Below are positions 30,626-41,143 of a stretch of DNA of 60,046 bases, one piece after another. Position 1 is the stretch's first letter. Every line of letters starts with the position of its first letter. The translations under genes were made by a program, and so were the position numbers. Below the pieces are notes generated by a model. The model had not been told where the DNA came from, made no database searches, and saw only the letters and a program-made list of their open reading frames with translations. Origin of the DNA: an uncultured archaeon. GTDB taxonomy: Archaea; Asgardarchaeota; Thorarchaeia; Thorarchaeales; Thorarchaeaceae. Location: the NCBI GenBank assembly GCA_964473825.1, contig CAYYQL010000013.1, positions 6,498 through 66,543 on the forward strand. The letters are read 5' to 3'.

Positions 30626-32086
30626 TCAATCCTTTGAGAGAGCACCATTATCTACCTCTTGATTAGTACCATTGCCAGACAGATACCTGTGGATACCTCG
30701 GGCCGCCTTCTTCCCAGCTCCTATGGCACTTATGACCGTTGCACCACCTGTGACGATATCACCGCCAGCAAAGATGCCTTCACGACTAGACATACCAGTT
30801 TCTTCATCCACAACAATTGTACCCCATTCTGTGACCTCCAAGCCCGGAATACTCTCAGGAACGATCGGATTGGGAGAGTTGCCGATAGCAACAATCACGG
30901 TATCAACATCGATAACAAACTCTGAATTAGGTATGGGGATGGGGCGTCTTCGTCCCGAGGCGTCGGGCTCCCCAAGCTCCATGCGTACACAACTCATGCC
31001 GATTACATGATTCTGGTCATTCCCAAGGATTTCAGTGGGACTCAGGAGGAGTTTGAGTTGGATTCCTTCCTCCTCTGCATGATGGATCTCTTCATCACGA
31101 GCTGGCATCTGCTCCCGAGCCCGTCGGTAGACAATAGAGACCTCGCCCGCCCCCAACCTCAACGCGGTTCTAGCAGCGTCCATTGCGACATTGCCGCCTC
31201 CGATAACGGCAACCTTGTTGCCAACTCTTACAGGAGTGTCATATTCGGGAAACTTGTAGCCACGCATGAGGTTTACACGTGTGAGAATCTCATTTGCAGA
31301 GAATACATCAATGAAGTTCATTCCCTCAATCCTGAGGAAATTAGGCGCTCCTGCACCTGTCCCGATAAAGATCGCATCGAATCCGTCCTCGTCCATGAGC
31401 TGGTCTACCGTTCGAATCTTACCAACAACAAAGTTGTACCTGAACTTGACACCCATCTTCTCAAGATACTCAACCTCAGCCTCAACAGTGTCCTTGGGAA
31501 GCCTGAACTCAGGAATACCGTATATCAATACTCCACCAGGTTTGTGAAAGGCCTCAAACACATGGACATCATACCCGAACCTAACCAAGTCCCCTGCGCA
31601 TGTCAGTCCAGCAGGCCCAGCTCCTACAACTGCAACCTTCCTCCCTATCTTCTTAGGTGTGTCAGGAATTGGCTCACCCTTCTCCATAGCGTAGTCGGAT
31701 ACAAAACGTTCGAGTCGACCAATAGCTATTGGCTCATTGCGTATTCCGTAGATACAGCTCTGTTCGCATTGAGTTTCTTGCGGGCATACTCGACCACAGA
31801 CAGCTGGGAGGCTGTTGGTCTCCTTTATCTTGGCCGCCGCCTCCATGAACTTGCCCTCTGTGATCAGGTTCACAAATTCTCGAATTGAAACCTCGGCGGG
31901 ACAGCCGCCCACACATCGGGGATTCCGGCACTGCAGACACTTATTGGCCTCCTCTATCGCCTGTTCAGGAGTATAGCCCAGTGCAACCTCGTTGAAGTTC
32001 TTCACTCTCTTCCCGGGGTCCTGCTCGGGCATTGGAACCTTCTTGGTGGGAGGCTTACGCTTACGTTTCTTCTTGTCGTCGGCCAT
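30626..32086 (-). CDS. nfnB: Electron-bifurcating transhydrogenase large subunit NfnB (SudA/GltD-like)
   Basis: CLQC..P.CVGGCP, CGRVCPQETQC, GAGPAG, GGGNVAMDAAR, FAGGDIVTGGATVI. Confidence 0.9.
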   Translation of the reverse strand: MADDKKKRKRKPPTKKVPMPEQDPGKRVKNFNEVALGYTPEQAIEEANKCLQCRNPRCVGGCPAEVSIREFVNLITEGKFMEAAAKIKETNSLPAVCGRVCPQETQCEQSCIYGIRNEPIAIGRLERFVSDYAMEKGEPIPDTPKKIGRKVAVVGAGPAGLTCAGDLVRFGYDVHVFEAFHKPGGVLIYGIPEFRLPKDTVEAEVEYLEKMGVKFRYNFVVGKIRTVDQLMDEDGFDAIFIGTGAGAPNFLRIEGMNFIDVFSANEILTRVNLMRGYKFPEYDTPVRVGNKVAVIGGGNVAMDAARTALRLGAGEVSIVYRRAREQMPARDEEIHHAEEEGIQLKLLLSPTEILGNDQNHVIGMSCVRMELGEPDASGRRRPIPIPNSEFVIDVDTVIVAIGNSPNPIVPESIPGLEVTEWGTIVVDEETGMSSREGIFAGGDIVTGGATVISAIGAGKKAARGIHRYLSGNGTNQEVDNGALSKD

Positions 32087-32931
32087 TATTCTGCTCCTCC
32101 TGTTTCCTTCATCCAGCGTTCCATTGAAACAGCCTCTTCATCCAAGTAGGCATTGAGGCGTCCCATGAGCTCGTCAAAGTCCACTCCATGTCCATCAAAC
32201 TCGGGCCCGTCAACACAAGTGAACTTCATCTGGCCGTCCACAGTCACACGACAGGCACCACACATCCCGGTGCCATCAACCATTATGCTGTTCAATGAAA
32301 CCAGAGTCTTGATTCCTGCCGGTTTGGTGGTCCTGCTGACAAACTTCATCATAGGAACTGGTCCAACAGCAAACACCAAGTCGATCTTCCTCCCCTTCTG
32401 AATCAAATCACCTAGAACCGTGGTCACGAATCCGTGTACGCCACATGACCCATCGTCAGTTGTTTCGTAGGATTCGTCGCTGATCGCCTCCATCTCCTCT
32501 CGGAACAGGAGGAGACTCATGCTCCGTGCACCGTTGATTGTAATCAGGTAGTTCCCGGCCTCCTTGAATGCCCGTGCAACGGGATAGCAGATCGCGCTCC
32601 CACAGCCGCCCCCGATTGCCACAACCGTTCCGTAATGCTTGTCTGTGGGACTAGGTCGGCCAAGTGGACCGACAAAGTCGAGTATCTCATCTCCCGGTTC
32701 CAGAGAACCAAGCAATTTGGTTGACTTACCAACTTCCTGAAAAACTATGGTGATATCTCCCTCTTCTCTGTCAAAATCAGCGATGGTGAGCGGGAACCTC
32801 TCCCCCGTTTCGTTCACGCGCAATATGACGAATTGGCCAGGCTTGCAGACAGCAGCAATATCCGGGGCGTGGACAACCATGAGCTTTATGACGGGATTAA
32901 GAACCTGTTTGGATTTGATTTTGTAGGGCAT
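32086..32931 (-). CDS. nfnA: Electron-bifurcating transhydrogenase small subunit NfnA (SudB)
   Basis: PGQFVILR, ERFPLTIAD, DGTGMCGACR, CVDGPEF. Confidence 0.9.
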   Translation of the reverse strand: MPYKIKSKQVLNPVIKLMVVHAPDIAAVCKPGQFVILRVNETGERFPLTIADFDREEGDITIVFQEVGKSTKLLGSLEPGDEILDFVGPLGRPSPTDKHYGTVVAIGGGCGSAICYPVARAFKEAGNYLITINGARSMSLLLFREEMEAISDESYETTDDGSCGVHGFVTTVLGDLIQKGRKIDLVFAVGPVPMMKFVSRTTKPAGIKTLVSLNSIMVDGTGMCGACRVTVDGQMKFTCVDGPEFDGHGVDFDELMGRLNAYLDEEAVSMERWMKETGGAE

Positions 32932-33063
32932 TTTGTGACTGCCTCGTAAGATGCGTCCATGAAGAGAACCTTGTCCTCTTTCCGATGCGTCTATGTGGAA
33001 GTGATAAGAGTTTGGGTTGTAATTCACTTGCTAACAATAACCCACAGAAATGTGTTCCCCCTG

Positions 33064-34779
33064 TCATCCGACACCGTAGGCGGTCCTAACCTCTCGGACT
33101 ACTAGTCCCACAAGGTCATCGGGAGAACTGATAGCAAAGACAGAGGCACCGGCCTTCTCCAGTTCAACTCTGACCTCATCCTGACGCCCAGTGCTACGCG
33201 CCCCGACATGGAACAAGTAGAGATGGTGCCCCTGTTTGCTTAGTGTTCGGGTCATTTCCATGAGCTTTTCCCAGTTGGCAATCTCTGCGTCAGTAATCAT
33301 AAACGCCAAGACAGGATTATCAGCCTCGGCGCAGATCGACTCGATATCTTCGATAGGTGCAACAGTACCTCCGCCCTGATATGACAGGAGAACGTCTTCA
33401 GCAATTCTTCGATCACGGGTCCAAGTACAGATTCGGGTATCGTCAGAGAAGTTGATCACCGCTATCTGTTGACCTTTCCTCATGATGTAGTCAAGTGCAG
33501 CGAATGCAGCCAGCAAGGCTGAATGATAAGGCCCCGACGCCTTTTTCTTTGAGATAGACCACGTCATAGAACCACTCGAATCAACCACAATCAGCAGATC
33601 CGGCACCTTGATGGACTCCTCCATACCCTGACCCTCGGAGTGCAGCCATCTCCGCGTGGACATATTTGGAATCAGTACCGGAAAGGCCTGCAAGGACTGG
33701 ACAATATCAAGCTCTTCCACAGGGTCACCAAGACGCCAGACCTGCGGAGTCAGAGGTGTCATCCCCGAGCTTCTCTTCTCAAAGACCTCAATCCTGAGAC
33801 CCGTTCTAACATTCGCACGGTACCAGAATCGAAGCCACTTACGTCCCTTGGCGCCGATTCCAGCGAGTCGGAATACAATACGAAGATCATTGAGATTGCC
33901 ATCCCGCTCGACTACCTCAATTGCCAGACGCTCCATCTCGTCCTCTAGCTGAAAAGCATCATCTCGGTCCATACATCTACGAGCCAGATCACCATTTCTG
34001 GCCTCGAGGGGGTTCCCCATCATGATGTCAACATCAACTGGCAGTAGTACTCCATCCTTGCTGTCCTTCTGGCCATCAGCAGGAAGACCGCATCCTGCGA
34101 ATTGATCATCGTCTCGAGGCATCCATTCCGAGAGGATCTTGGCAATCTTCCCAACAGCGAAAGGCCAACGCCGCTCTCTCGGAATATATCTGTCTGTTAC
34201 TCTCACGATTTCTTGTGCAGCAGTGAGAGTTCTCCCATCAATATCAACCTGTGGGGGTACTTCGAAACCCCATTTCTCTTTGTAACAGGCGATTATCAAG
34301 AGCCAGAGAGGAGAGTGCTCTGAAACTCGAACTGCGGCATGAGATATTGATTTCGTAATCCTTCGCCGCGTGAGCATAGGATATCGACGTAGTAGTGTCG
34401 AGTCCACGACCAAGTCAGCAAAGAGGTTACAGGCAAACATTGCGGTTGCATCATTCACATACTTCTTTGCCGCAGCGAACATCATGCCACTTGTTACACC
34501 ATCATAAGGGCACAAGAGATAATGCTCGATTTCGTGGTGACTAAGAGACCTCAGATGCTGTGCCACAGACCCAGATTCCATCTCAGGTGGAAGCCCCGCC
34601 ACATTGAGATAGACGGTCCACGTTGAGGGATCAATGTAGAAATAGCTGCTCACATCTTGGTCATGCTCAATCACTGGCTCAGGGAGTGGCGGATGATAGA
34701 AATCCGCAACTGCTTCAGCCCAAGCACCGCGGGCCAGTTCGACTAGTGTTGTGGGTGTTTCTGCCTTCTTCGAACTCAC
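33064..34779 (-). CDS. VWA-domain protein with N-terminal HExxH metallopeptidase-like domain
   Basis: HHEIEHY; MIDAS DSSGS...GGT...ITDA. Confidence 0.82.
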   Translation of the reverse strand: MSSKKAETPTTLVELARGAWAEAVADFYHPPLPEPVIEHDQDVSSYFYIDPSTWTVYLNVAGLPPEMESGSVAQHLRSLSHHEIEHYLLCPYDGVTSGMMFAAAKKYVNDATAMFACNLFADLVVDSTLLRRYPMLTRRRITKSISHAAVRVSEHSPLWLLIIACYKEKWGFEVPPQVDIDGRTLTAAQEIVRVTDRYIPRERRWPFAVGKIAKILSEWMPRDDDQFAGCGLPADGQKDSKDGVLLPVDVDIMMGNPLEARNGDLARRCMDRDDAFQLEDEMERLAIEVVERDGNLNDLRIVFRLAGIGAKGRKWLRFWYRANVRTGLRIEVFEKRSSGMTPLTPQVWRLGDPVEELDIVQSLQAFPVLIPNMSTRRWLHSEGQGMEESIKVPDLLIVVDSSGSMTWSISKKKASGPYHSALLAAFAALDYIMRKGQQIAVINFSDDTRICTWTRDRRIAEDVLLSYQGGGTVAPIEDIESICAEADNPVLAFMITDAEIANWEKLMEMTRTLSKQGHHLYLFHVGARSTGRQDEVRVELEKAGASVFAISSPDDLVGLVVREVRTAYGVG

Positions 34780-34790
34780 GGCATCACATC

Positions 34791-36497
34791 CTAGTCACCA
34801 AGTGCGTCATGAATCATCTGGCGAAGCTCTACTGCCTTTGAACCGCCCGAGACCTCGAGAAAGACTGATGAATCAGGAGAGTCTCCAGTAACATATACTA
34901 CCAAGGTCAGCTGATTGGTCCTGATTACTTTCCTCCTGGGAGGACTCAGTGTTTCCTTCAGAACAGGAGTCATTTTCGGGTACTGGAGGCTAATCATCGT
35001 CCACAACTCCTGCCAATCTTCAAATGTAAGATTGAACTGCGAAAGAGTCAGGCGGTGAAGGGCATCCGATACTCTGCCGAGCAGCATACTTCTGTTGGGA
35101 AAATCTGCGTCTCTCATCAAGACCTCATGAATCTCGCTCAGGTCTTCGATGTCTTTATCATCAATGCTTTCTTCAATGCGCCGAACCATCTTAACATAGG
35201 CAGACCTTGTCAACTCCTTGGCGAATCGGACGTAGTCCAGTTTCACAAGTAAATCGCTCTTTGACATCTCCCGCAATTCATCGAGGTCTTCTTTCGAAGC
35301 CTTCCCGTGCTTGAACTTCTCAATCAATGCGAAAGCAGGCGCTCTTTTGGCAAAACGAACCGATGCGAGTTCCACAAGATGCTTTGTGAACTGGAATCGA
35401 TCTCCATAGAAGGGTGGCTTTGCAATCTCCTCACGACTGAAGCTGGTCCTGTGCCAGAAGACGAGAGGTGCTATGGATTTCACAATCTCGACGTTCACCT
35501 CACTTGCTCCAAAAAGCCAAGCTGCTGCCTTTGAGTAGCGATTCAAATCTTTGGCTGCTCGAACTGAAAGAGGTATCAGTACTCTGTTGCAGACGCTCTT
35601 GGCCGTATTGAAGTGACAGCCATCACATAACCCAGAATCGATGTTGGGATCTTGGACTTGGCTCTTGTCCACACGAATGCATGCCCCGAACTCTCTCACT
35701 AAAGCCCTCATGAATTCTGATGCCTCAGAGACCACAGGCATCTTGTCCGCAAGATTCCAGATTGTCAAGAGGTCTTCAACTTCAAGGATAGCAGGAACTT
35801 GCCAGAGCTCGTCGTACCCGAAGAGCCTCTCGTCGCGGGAAGCAAGAATCAACTCCAAGTCGTCGACTGAAGGCATTGTTATGGGAACGGCGATACCGAA
35901 CCTGTCCAGGAAAGGAGGTGCCAAGTCGAAAGTTCCAGAATCAGATGGATTCATGGTTGCGTACAGGCAGTACTCCTCACATCTCTTGACCTCATCATAG
36001 TACTTCAGTTCTCCCTCCGCAAGCATAGACAGCAGGATGTTCTGAGCGTGTGGTGTCAGCCGATTGATCTCATCAAGGATCTTCCAGAAGCCTGTCACAA
36101 ACCTTCGCCACACAACAACCTCTTTACCCTCCTTCATGAGAGGGCCAGGTTTGAGTGTGGCCACCATTTTCTCCTCGGTGAGCTGAGGATGGCCGTGAAG
36201 AATACCATCTTCGATCTGATTTATGCTGCTTGCGGTCATCATGCGGCCCAGCAGCTTGATGAGAGTAGTCTTCCCGCCACCATGGCCACCGACAAGTAAC
36301 ATGGCCGACCTAGGCACCAGCGCATTCAACACGCAAGCACCAACAATCAGAGGAAGGCTAGACTTCTTGGTAGAGGTTCCTCCAGATGGATTGTACCGTA
36401 TGGGCAAGTCTTCTGAGTGTACGAAAAGCCCCCTGCTCTCCACCGTTCCGATTACGTTCCAGACCTTCTCTCTGAGAAGCTCATTTCGACTGGCCAT
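34791..36497 (-). CDS. MoxR-family AAA+ ATPase with C-terminal extension
   Basis: GGHGGGKTT, ILDEINR, ATMNP, PFLDRF, SVRA. Confidence 0.88.
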   Translation of the reverse strand: MASRNELLREKVWNVIGTVESRGLFVHSEDLPIRYNPSGGTSTKKSSLPLIVGACVLNALVPRSAMLLVGGHGGGKTTLIKLLGRMMTASSINQIEDGILHGHPQLTEEKMVATLKPGPLMKEGKEVVVWRRFVTGFWKILDEINRLTPHAQNILLSMLAEGELKYYDEVKRCEEYCLYATMNPSDSGTFDLAPPFLDRFGIAVPITMPSVDDLELILASRDERLFGYDELWQVPAILEVEDLLTIWNLADKMPVVSEASEFMRALVREFGACIRVDKSQVQDPNIDSGLCDGCHFNTAKSVCNRVLIPLSVRAAKDLNRYSKAAAWLFGASEVNVEIVKSIAPLVFWHRTSFSREEIAKPPFYGDRFQFTKHLVELASVRFAKRAPAFALIEKFKHGKASKEDLDELREMSKSDLLVKLDYVRFAKELTRSAYVKMVRRIEESIDDKDIEDLSEIHEVLMRDADFPNRSMLLGRVSDALHRLTLSQFNLTFEDWQELWTMISLQYPKMTPVLKETLSPPRRKVIRTNQLTLVVYVTGDSPDSSVFLEVSGGSKAVELRQMIHDALGD

Positions 36498-36675
36498 ATA
36501 GTGTCACTCTCACCGTAATGAGTTTCCTCTCGCGGTTCTGCTTATTGATACTGTGGTCACACCATGAAAGAAACCTTCCGAATCATGTCTCAATAGGCGC
36601 GGAATTGTGTTAGCTCCGAAGATGTAATATGGGAATATTAGGTGAGCATAGAAGATACCAAATGGGGCATCAGAA

Positions 36676-37746
36676 TTGGGCACAGACACTTCCTATTCCG
36701 AACTCATCGAAATAAAGAATCCAGAGGAATTGCCGACCAAACGCCACAGCCAGTACAGTGTCGTAGGACAAGCGGAATTGATGAGGACAGTCATAGACAA
36801 CTACTCGATGATGACGGAACAACTAGATGCGATGGGGCTGCTCTTTGGAGGTAGAATCCTTCTGGTAGGACCCCCAGGGACAGACTTCGATGCATATGCA
36901 TTCCATCTAGCAAAAGAAATCCCCCTGAAACTCGCTACTGTGTCACTCGCCTTGCTATCAGCCGACGTAGGTGAGGCAGCCCAGTCGATTAGGGCAATAT
37001 TCGAGTATGCAAGACGGAATGCGCCAGTGATCCTTCATATCCGACACTTTGAGTCAGCACTCAGACGAAACGATGATGTGATATCAATACTGAGAAGTGA
37101 GCTGGAAGAGACCACATGGGATCACAATGAAACGCTTGTGGTTGCTGCCTTGACCCGCCCCAAGGAACTACCCCCCGAACTTGCACTGCAGTTTGACAGA
37201 ACGATTCTGTTGGAAGAGCCCAATGCCGAAGATCGCACTAGGTTCTTCGAGCAATTCTTCAAAGACAGAGAGGACATCGACTTGGCACTCGTAACAGATG
37301 CGACCAAGGGTTGGAGCTTTGCAGACTTGAAACACCTGGCAGTAGGCTTGCTGCTCAATCCGCCCACAGAAACGGATCATATGACAGCAGAGAAGTTAGA
37401 GGACATTCTAGAGGCCATAGGCATACAACCCGTCGGTAATATCTCAGACTTGAAGCGGCTCTCGCGGACAATGGAAACTCAACCCCGACAAGAGCTTGAC
37501 CGGACCCAGGGTCTGTACCCAGATGATTTCCTAGATCAGCTCTATTTGTTGGCTGTGGGAGAAGAGTATCACAAGACCCAGGGAGTCATCGAGAGTCTGA
37601 ATTCAGACCTGCCTTTATCCAACGAGGATTTGGAAATCCTGAACAGATACCCGTTCCTTCTTCAGGGAGATTCGGAAGAGAGGCTTACACGATTGTTGAG
37701 GGCAAAGAAGACTCACGACCGACTAGCAAGGATAATGGGAAGATAG
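36676..37746 (+). CDS. Catalytically degenerate classic-clade AAA+ protein (pseudo-ATPase)
   Basis: ILLVGPPGTDFD, ARRNAPVILHIRHFES, LTRPKELPPELALQFDR, TKGWSFADL; fold motifs present, catalytic residues absent. Confidence 0.78.
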   Translation: MGTDTSYSELIEIKNPEELPTKRHSQYSVVGQAELMRTVIDNYSMMTEQLDAMGLLFGGRILLVGPPGTDFDAYAFHLAKEIPLKLATVSLALLSADVGEAAQSIRAIFEYARRNAPVILHIRHFESALRRNDDVISILRSELEETTWDHNETLVVAALTRPKELPPELALQFDRTILLEEPNAEDRTRFFEQFFKDREDIDLALVTDATKGWSFADLKHLAVGLLLNPPTETDHMTAEKLEDILEAIGIQPVGNISDLKRLSRTMETQPRQELDRTQGLYPDDFLDQLYLLAVGEEYHKTQGVIESLNSDLPLSNEDLEILNRYPFLLQGDSEERLTRLLRAKKTHDRLARIMGR

Positions 37747-37755
37747 GAGTAGTAT

Positions 37756-40700
37756 GTGATATTGAGTGAGGCTGAGAATCTTCTGGCTAGCGTCAGGGTA
37801 GAGAACTTCCTCTCCTTCTACAAGGGGACTGTGGAGTTCGATCCAGGTCTCACTGTTATCACAGGACCCAACGGGTCAGGAAAGACATCCATCTTTCACG
37901 CGGTGAAGTTCGCACTTGGCTCCAATCAACGAGAGAAGAGATACTCTAAGTGGAGTGATTTCATTCGTTACGGAGCCAGCTCCGCAGAGGTTGAGTTGAC
38001 TGTGGTCTCTGACGGCCAGACACAGAAACTACTCAGAAAGATCGACAGAGATGGAGTACCCCGCGCCTATATTGACGGCAAGAGGGTCAAAGCGGCAGAG
38101 CACAATAATGCCGTCGAAAAACTGGGGATTGACGTTGACAACCCCCTAGTGTTCATGCCTCAAGAGAGAATCAATGCACTTCGTGACATGAATCCCATTG
38201 AGGTAAGAAAGCTCGTTGAGGAGGGAACAGGACTCGGAATTCTAAGAGACCGGATTAGCTCTCAAGAAACACAGGTCGCCCATGACACGAGGCGATTAGA
38301 ATCAGCGGTCTCCGAGGCACAGGTAGTCCAGCAAGAGATTGAACTTCTTCAGAAGGATTTGAAACGTCTGTTCCGAAAGAGAGAGCTTCAAGCCACAGAG
38401 AGAGACCTCAAGTTTGAGCTGAAATGGGCAACGATAGGGGCTCTGGAGAAGAAGCTCTATGATACTCGCTCTGAGATTGAGGAGAGAGAAGAGGGTCTAG
38501 TAGAAGTCATCGCTGAGTCTGCCGAGCTCGAGGCAAAGCGATCTGAAGAGGAGGATAGATCAGAAGCCATCGAAGAGAGAATGGAGAGACTCCAACGCGA
38601 GATAGGAAACATCGATGCCAGAATCAAGGAAGAGGAGAACAGACTACTTAGGCTTGAAGATGACAGCAAGAAAGCCGGTCTCGAAGTACGAAAACTAGAA
38701 CAAGAAATGAAGAACGAAGAGAGGAAGAAAGACAAAATAATAGCCGACCTGAGGAGAGGGTCAAATGCAAAAGAGGAGTATATGGAGAGCCTGAAGCGGC
38801 TCAGAACCGAACTCGAAGGGCTTGAAGGAGAACAAGACGAACTAGAAGACTCCATGGCAATCTTTTCAGAGTGGAACACAAAGAGAGCTGAGGCTTACGG
38901 CACCTACAAAGCCCTCCAAGGACAGCTAGAGAGCAAAGATGTGATGCTAAGGAGCCTCAGAGAACGTCTGCAAGTAGACGAGGCCGAATTGGAAAGTATC
39001 CAGAGTCGATGGGGAAATGTCTGGGACTCGCTGGAGAGCACCGATCAGAAAGACCTGGCCAGGAGGAAGTCGTCACTTGAAAACCTTCTAGCTACTCTCA
39101 ATGAGAAGAGGTTCAGAGAGAATACTCGAGCTGCACAGCTCCAGAAACAGGTCGAAGACCTGAGGATTCAGTTGTCAGAAACCTCAGAACGGATACCCAA
39201 GAATGTGAGAGATCTCAAGGCAACCCTTCAGGTACACGGGCTCACCAATGTCTTCGGACCAGTCATAGAGATGGTAAAAGCGGATAATGCCCTCGGACCA
39301 GCAGTTGAAGCAGTCTTACGAGATGAACTGGCTTTTTCATTTATCGTGACCGATGAAGCTGAATATGCCCTCTTGGAGAGACTGAGGAACCAGATGGACG
39401 CATCCTCCCCCGTCATATTCCTCCAATCAGATGAAGATGGCCATGATGAGGTTTCCCTGAAAGAGGAAGGGGTACGGGGAGAACTCTGGAATCTCGTAGG
39501 CTTAGAGAAACCGTACGAAAGGCTGTTGTCAAGAGCCTTTGGCAGGATAATTGTCACTGAAGAGTCGCGTATGGCATCCCGACTAGCACGCAAGAAAGGA
39601 ATCACTGCCGTTTCTCTGGAGGGGCATCTTGTGGTTCCAGAGAACACGAGGACAATGAGTTATCCTGCCAGAGAACCTTCGGGTCTAGTCTCTACGGCGC
39701 CGCTGCAGTCCCGGCTCGAAGAACTCGAAAAGCAGCGAAAGGAGGCCTCCAAGAGCGTCACAGAGATAATCACTGAACTTGAAAAGGTCACCGAGGAGAG
39801 AGAAGAAGTGGCCGAACTCCTGAGCCATTTCACCAGATGGGGCAGAATCTGGGAAAAGCGCAAGGAACTCATGGAAGGGATCCCAGAGTTGCAGGAGAGG
39901 GTAGTAGCCACAGATGATGAGCTTAAGGAGCTCCAACGGCAGTTTGGAATCGCTGAGAGAGAGCTAAGAGCACTGGATAACACCCAGCCACCCGAGAGAA
40001 GTAGACTCGTCGGTAAGCAACGAGCAATCAGAATGAAACAGAAGAGGTTGCAACAGGATCTCTCACAGGCAGAGGCAAATCTCAACGCTACCGAGAGAGA
40101 TGAGGCTCTGAAGAGACAAGAGATGAAGAGTATTGAAGAAGATATTGCCATGCTAAGCAACCGACTTGAAGAACTACGCGAAGAAATGAAGAGCTCGAAG
40201 TCATCGGCAAGAACGATTCTGGACACAATTGAAACCTTAAAGACAGGCAGGGAAAAAGCGGAAGAAGAGCTTGAAAGTGTCCGTAGTGAGCTTCAGACCT
40301 CACGAGACGTCATCAGAGAGCTTGCTGAACAGCTCGTCGAACTCAATCTGGGTATAAAGAATAGCCAACTCCAAGTCCTACAACTCAAGAGACAAATGAG
40401 CAACATGGAGATTGAGCTAGAAGAAACTCGGAAGGCACTCGAAGGTGAGGAATGTCCGGAGGGTGTAAGGCCTCTAGAAGATGTCCGTCATGAGCTTGTA
40501 CGAGTCAGAGCAATCCTAGATGATTATCAAGACGTATCAGAAGTGCTTGCACAAAATGAATCAAAGCTCAAACAGCGACTAGTAGAACTCACCATGAAGG
40601 TTGAGGAGATACGAGAAGAATTGGAGGAGGCGGAAGAGGCTGTACGGGATATCAGGACACAGTATCACAACGGGATGAACGAAACGTTGAGAGAGGTGGA

Positions 40701-41130
40701 GCACGAAGTAAATGATATTCTGAGTACCGTGAAATTCGCAGCAGAAGTCAGGTTTGAGCTCTCAATGAATGACGGAGAGTACGGAGTAGACTTCAAATCG
40801 AGAATAAAGAGCGAAGAATACAAGGAGATAAGTGCAGGCTCGGGAGGCGAACGTTCGTTGATTGCTATAGGGCTCATCCTGGCTCTTCAGCGTTTCAATC
40901 CTGCACCAGTCTACGCTCTAGATGAGATAGACACATTTCTCGACGCCACTAACACTGAGATGGTCAGCAGGCTACTTCATGATTCATCAAGAAGAAGTCA
41001 GTTCATCATCTTCACACCCGCAAAGAGCACACACCTGCTGAAGCATGCTGACAGACGCATTGGCGTGGTCAGTCCCAAGGGTACTGAACCCTCCGTTATA
41101 ATTGAGAGCCCCAGATTCGAGGGACAATAG
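37756..41130 (+). CDS. smc: SMC ATPase with SMC5/6-like head motifs
   Basis: GPNGSGKT, IDVDNPLVFMPQE, coiled coils with central hinge (GPVIEMV...AVEAVL), GSGGERS, ALDEIDTFLD, QFIIFTP. Confidence 0.92.
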   Translation: MILSEAENLLASVRVENFLSFYKGTVEFDPGLTVITGPNGSGKTSIFHAVKFALGSNQREKRYSKWSDFIRYGASSAEVELTVVSDGQTQKLLRKIDRDGVPRAYIDGKRVKAAEHNNAVEKLGIDVDNPLVFMPQERINALRDMNPIEVRKLVEEGTGLGILRDRISSQETQVAHDTRRLESAVSEAQVVQQEIELLQKDLKRLFRKRELQATERDLKFELKWATIGALEKKLYDTRSEIEEREEGLVEVIAESAELEAKRSEEEDRSEAIEERMERLQREIGNIDARIKEEENRLLRLEDDSKKAGLEVRKLEQEMKNEERKKDKIIADLRRGSNAKEEYMESLKRLRTELEGLEGEQDELEDSMAIFSEWNTKRAEAYGTYKALQGQLESKDVMLRSLRERLQVDEAELESIQSRWGNVWDSLESTDQKDLARRKSSLENLLATLNEKRFRENTRAAQLQKQVEDLRIQLSETSERIPKNVRDLKATLQVHGLTNVFGPVIEMVKADNALGPAVEAVLRDELAFSFIVTDEAEYALLERLRNQMDASSPVIFLQSDEDGHDEVSLKEEGVRGELWNLVGLEKPYERLLSRAFGRIIVTEESRMASRLARKKGITAVSLEGHLVVPENTRTMSYPAREPSGLVSTAPLQSRLEELEKQRKEASKSVTEIITELEKVTEEREEVAELLSHFTRWGRIWEKRKELMEGIPELQERVVATDDELKELQRQFGIAERELRALDNTQPPERSRLVGKQRAIRMKQKRLQQDLSQAEANLNATERDEALKRQEMKSIEEDIAMLSNRLEELREEMKSSKSSARTILDTIETLKTGREKAEEELESVRSELQTSRDVIRELAEQLVELNLGIKNSQLQVLQLKRQMSNMEIELEETRKALEGEECPEGVRPLEDVRHELVRVRAILDDYQDVSEVLAQNESKLKQRLVELTMKVEEIREELEEAEEAVRDIRTQYHNGMNETLREVEHEVNDILSTVKFAAEVRFELSMNDGEYGVDFKSRIKSEEYKEISAGSGGERSLIAIGLILALQRFNPAPVYALDEIDTFLDATNTEMVSRLLHDSSRRSQFIIFTPAKSTHLLKHADRRIGVVSPKGTEPSVIIESPRFEGQ

Positions 41131-41143
41131 TAGGTTGAACGAA

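Noticed and set aside
31007-31888. 293-aa plus-strand ORF, and similar long antisense ORFs (2914-3681, 39660-40226, 47360-47932, 48575-49156)
   Set aside because: Shadow or alternate-frame ORFs overlapping well-supported genes, with no motifs
30626-32086. Glutamate synthase small subunit (gltD)
   Set aside because: It is paired with an NfnA/SudB gene and there is no gltB, which fits NfnAB better
37756-41130. Rad50/SbcC
   Set aside because: No central CxxC zinc hook; a globular hinge is present; no adjacent Mre11
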